Assembly: GCF_035084215.1 (NCBI RefSeq)
Contig: NC_090359.1
Location: 24,242,001-24,306,000 of the forward strand
Source of the DNA: Heptranchias perlo
Lineage: Eukaryota
Length of the DNA: 64,000 bases
Reading direction: 5' to 3'
Made by a program: the position numbers and the translations under genes
Part shown: positions 63,245 to 64,000 of the stretch, one piece after another
Layout of the letters: each line of letters begins with the position of its first letter
How positions within the stretch are numbered: the stretch's first letter is position 1
Notes under the pieces: generated by a model
The model's database searches: none
What the model was told of the DNA's origin: nothing
The model's input: only the letters and a program-made list of their open reading frames with translations

Positions 63245-63795
63245 ATCATAGAATTATACGGCGCGGAAGGGAGGCCATTCGGCCCCTCGTGCCTGTGCCG
63301 GCTCTTTGAGAGAACTATCCAATTAGTCCCACTCCCCCCTGCTCTTTCCGCATGGCCCTGCAAATTTTGCCTTTTCAAATATTTATCCAATTCCCTTTGA
63401 AAGCAAAGATTGAATCTGCTTCCACCGCCCTTTCAGGCAGAGCATTCCAGATTGTTAATAGTTTCTCCCTATCTACTCTATCAAAGCCCCTGATAGTTTC
63501 GAACACCTCTATTAAATCTCCCCTTAACCTTCTCTGCTTTAAGGAGAACAACCCCAGCTTCTCCAGTCTCTCCACGTAACTGAAGTCCCTCATCCCTGGT
63601 ACCATTCTAGTAAATCTCCTCTGCACCCTCTCCGAGGCCTTGACATCCTTCCTAAAGTGCGGTGCCCAGAATTGGACACAATACTCCAGCTGGGGTCTAA
63701 CCAGTGATTTATAAAGGTTTAGCATAACTCCCTTGCTTTTGTGCTCCATGCATCTATTTATAAAGCTCAGAATCCCTTATTAACAGCCTTATTGA
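63245..63795 (-). mobile_element. CR1 LINE 3' fragment with internal deletion
   Basis: ORF 63375-63749 LYKSLVRPQLEYCVQFWAPHFRKDV..ERVQRRFTRMVPG; joins REKLL directly to TIWNALPE. Confidence 0.92.
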
Positions 63796-64000
63796 CTTAA
63801 AACTTAAAATTTACCTTCCTGGGCCTCTTCTGGTCCTCGATCCAGTTTTTGGGAGGTTTGCCCTGGAGGCTGGGTTGCAGGAGCGGGGAGAGGGTGGAAT
63901 CTGTCACTGCTCCTTCTCTCAGGCTGTGGGTTAGAATAGATCAAGCCTGATGACGTAGTCGGAGCCCAGTCTGCATATTTAAAGAGGACTCCGCTGGCTT

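Overview
Eukaryotic, repeat-dense vertebrate DNA, most likely from a cartilaginous fish. This is inferred from SacSINE1-like DeuSINEs, many CR1 and L2 LINE fragments and long GC-rich minisatellites. There is no CRISPR array, rRNA or bona fide tRNA gene, and most long ORFs in the track are repeat artefacts. Reading splice sites on the minus strand shows an immunoglobulin-superfamily (IgSF) cluster. (1) An apparently intact three-coding-exon gene (leader 51169-51232, IgV 29874-30242, C-terminal exon 27855-27928; both coding introns phase 1) predicts a 168-aa protein: signal peptide, one B7/butyrophilin-type V domain with extra cysteines, and a GPI-anchor-like tail. Its leader-V intron is almost entirely a ~19.8-kb satellite with higher-order repeat structure. 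(2) A PILR/Siglec-like V-domain receptor copy (leader 11272-11315, IgV 9932-10300, stalk/TM 4291-4424) carries several independent lesions and is probably a pseudogene. (3) The intact leader exon of a tandem paralogue lies at 1516-1558; its V exon is predicted just off the left edge of the window. Three N-gaps are present. Family assignments come from motif recognition by eye and need database confirmation.
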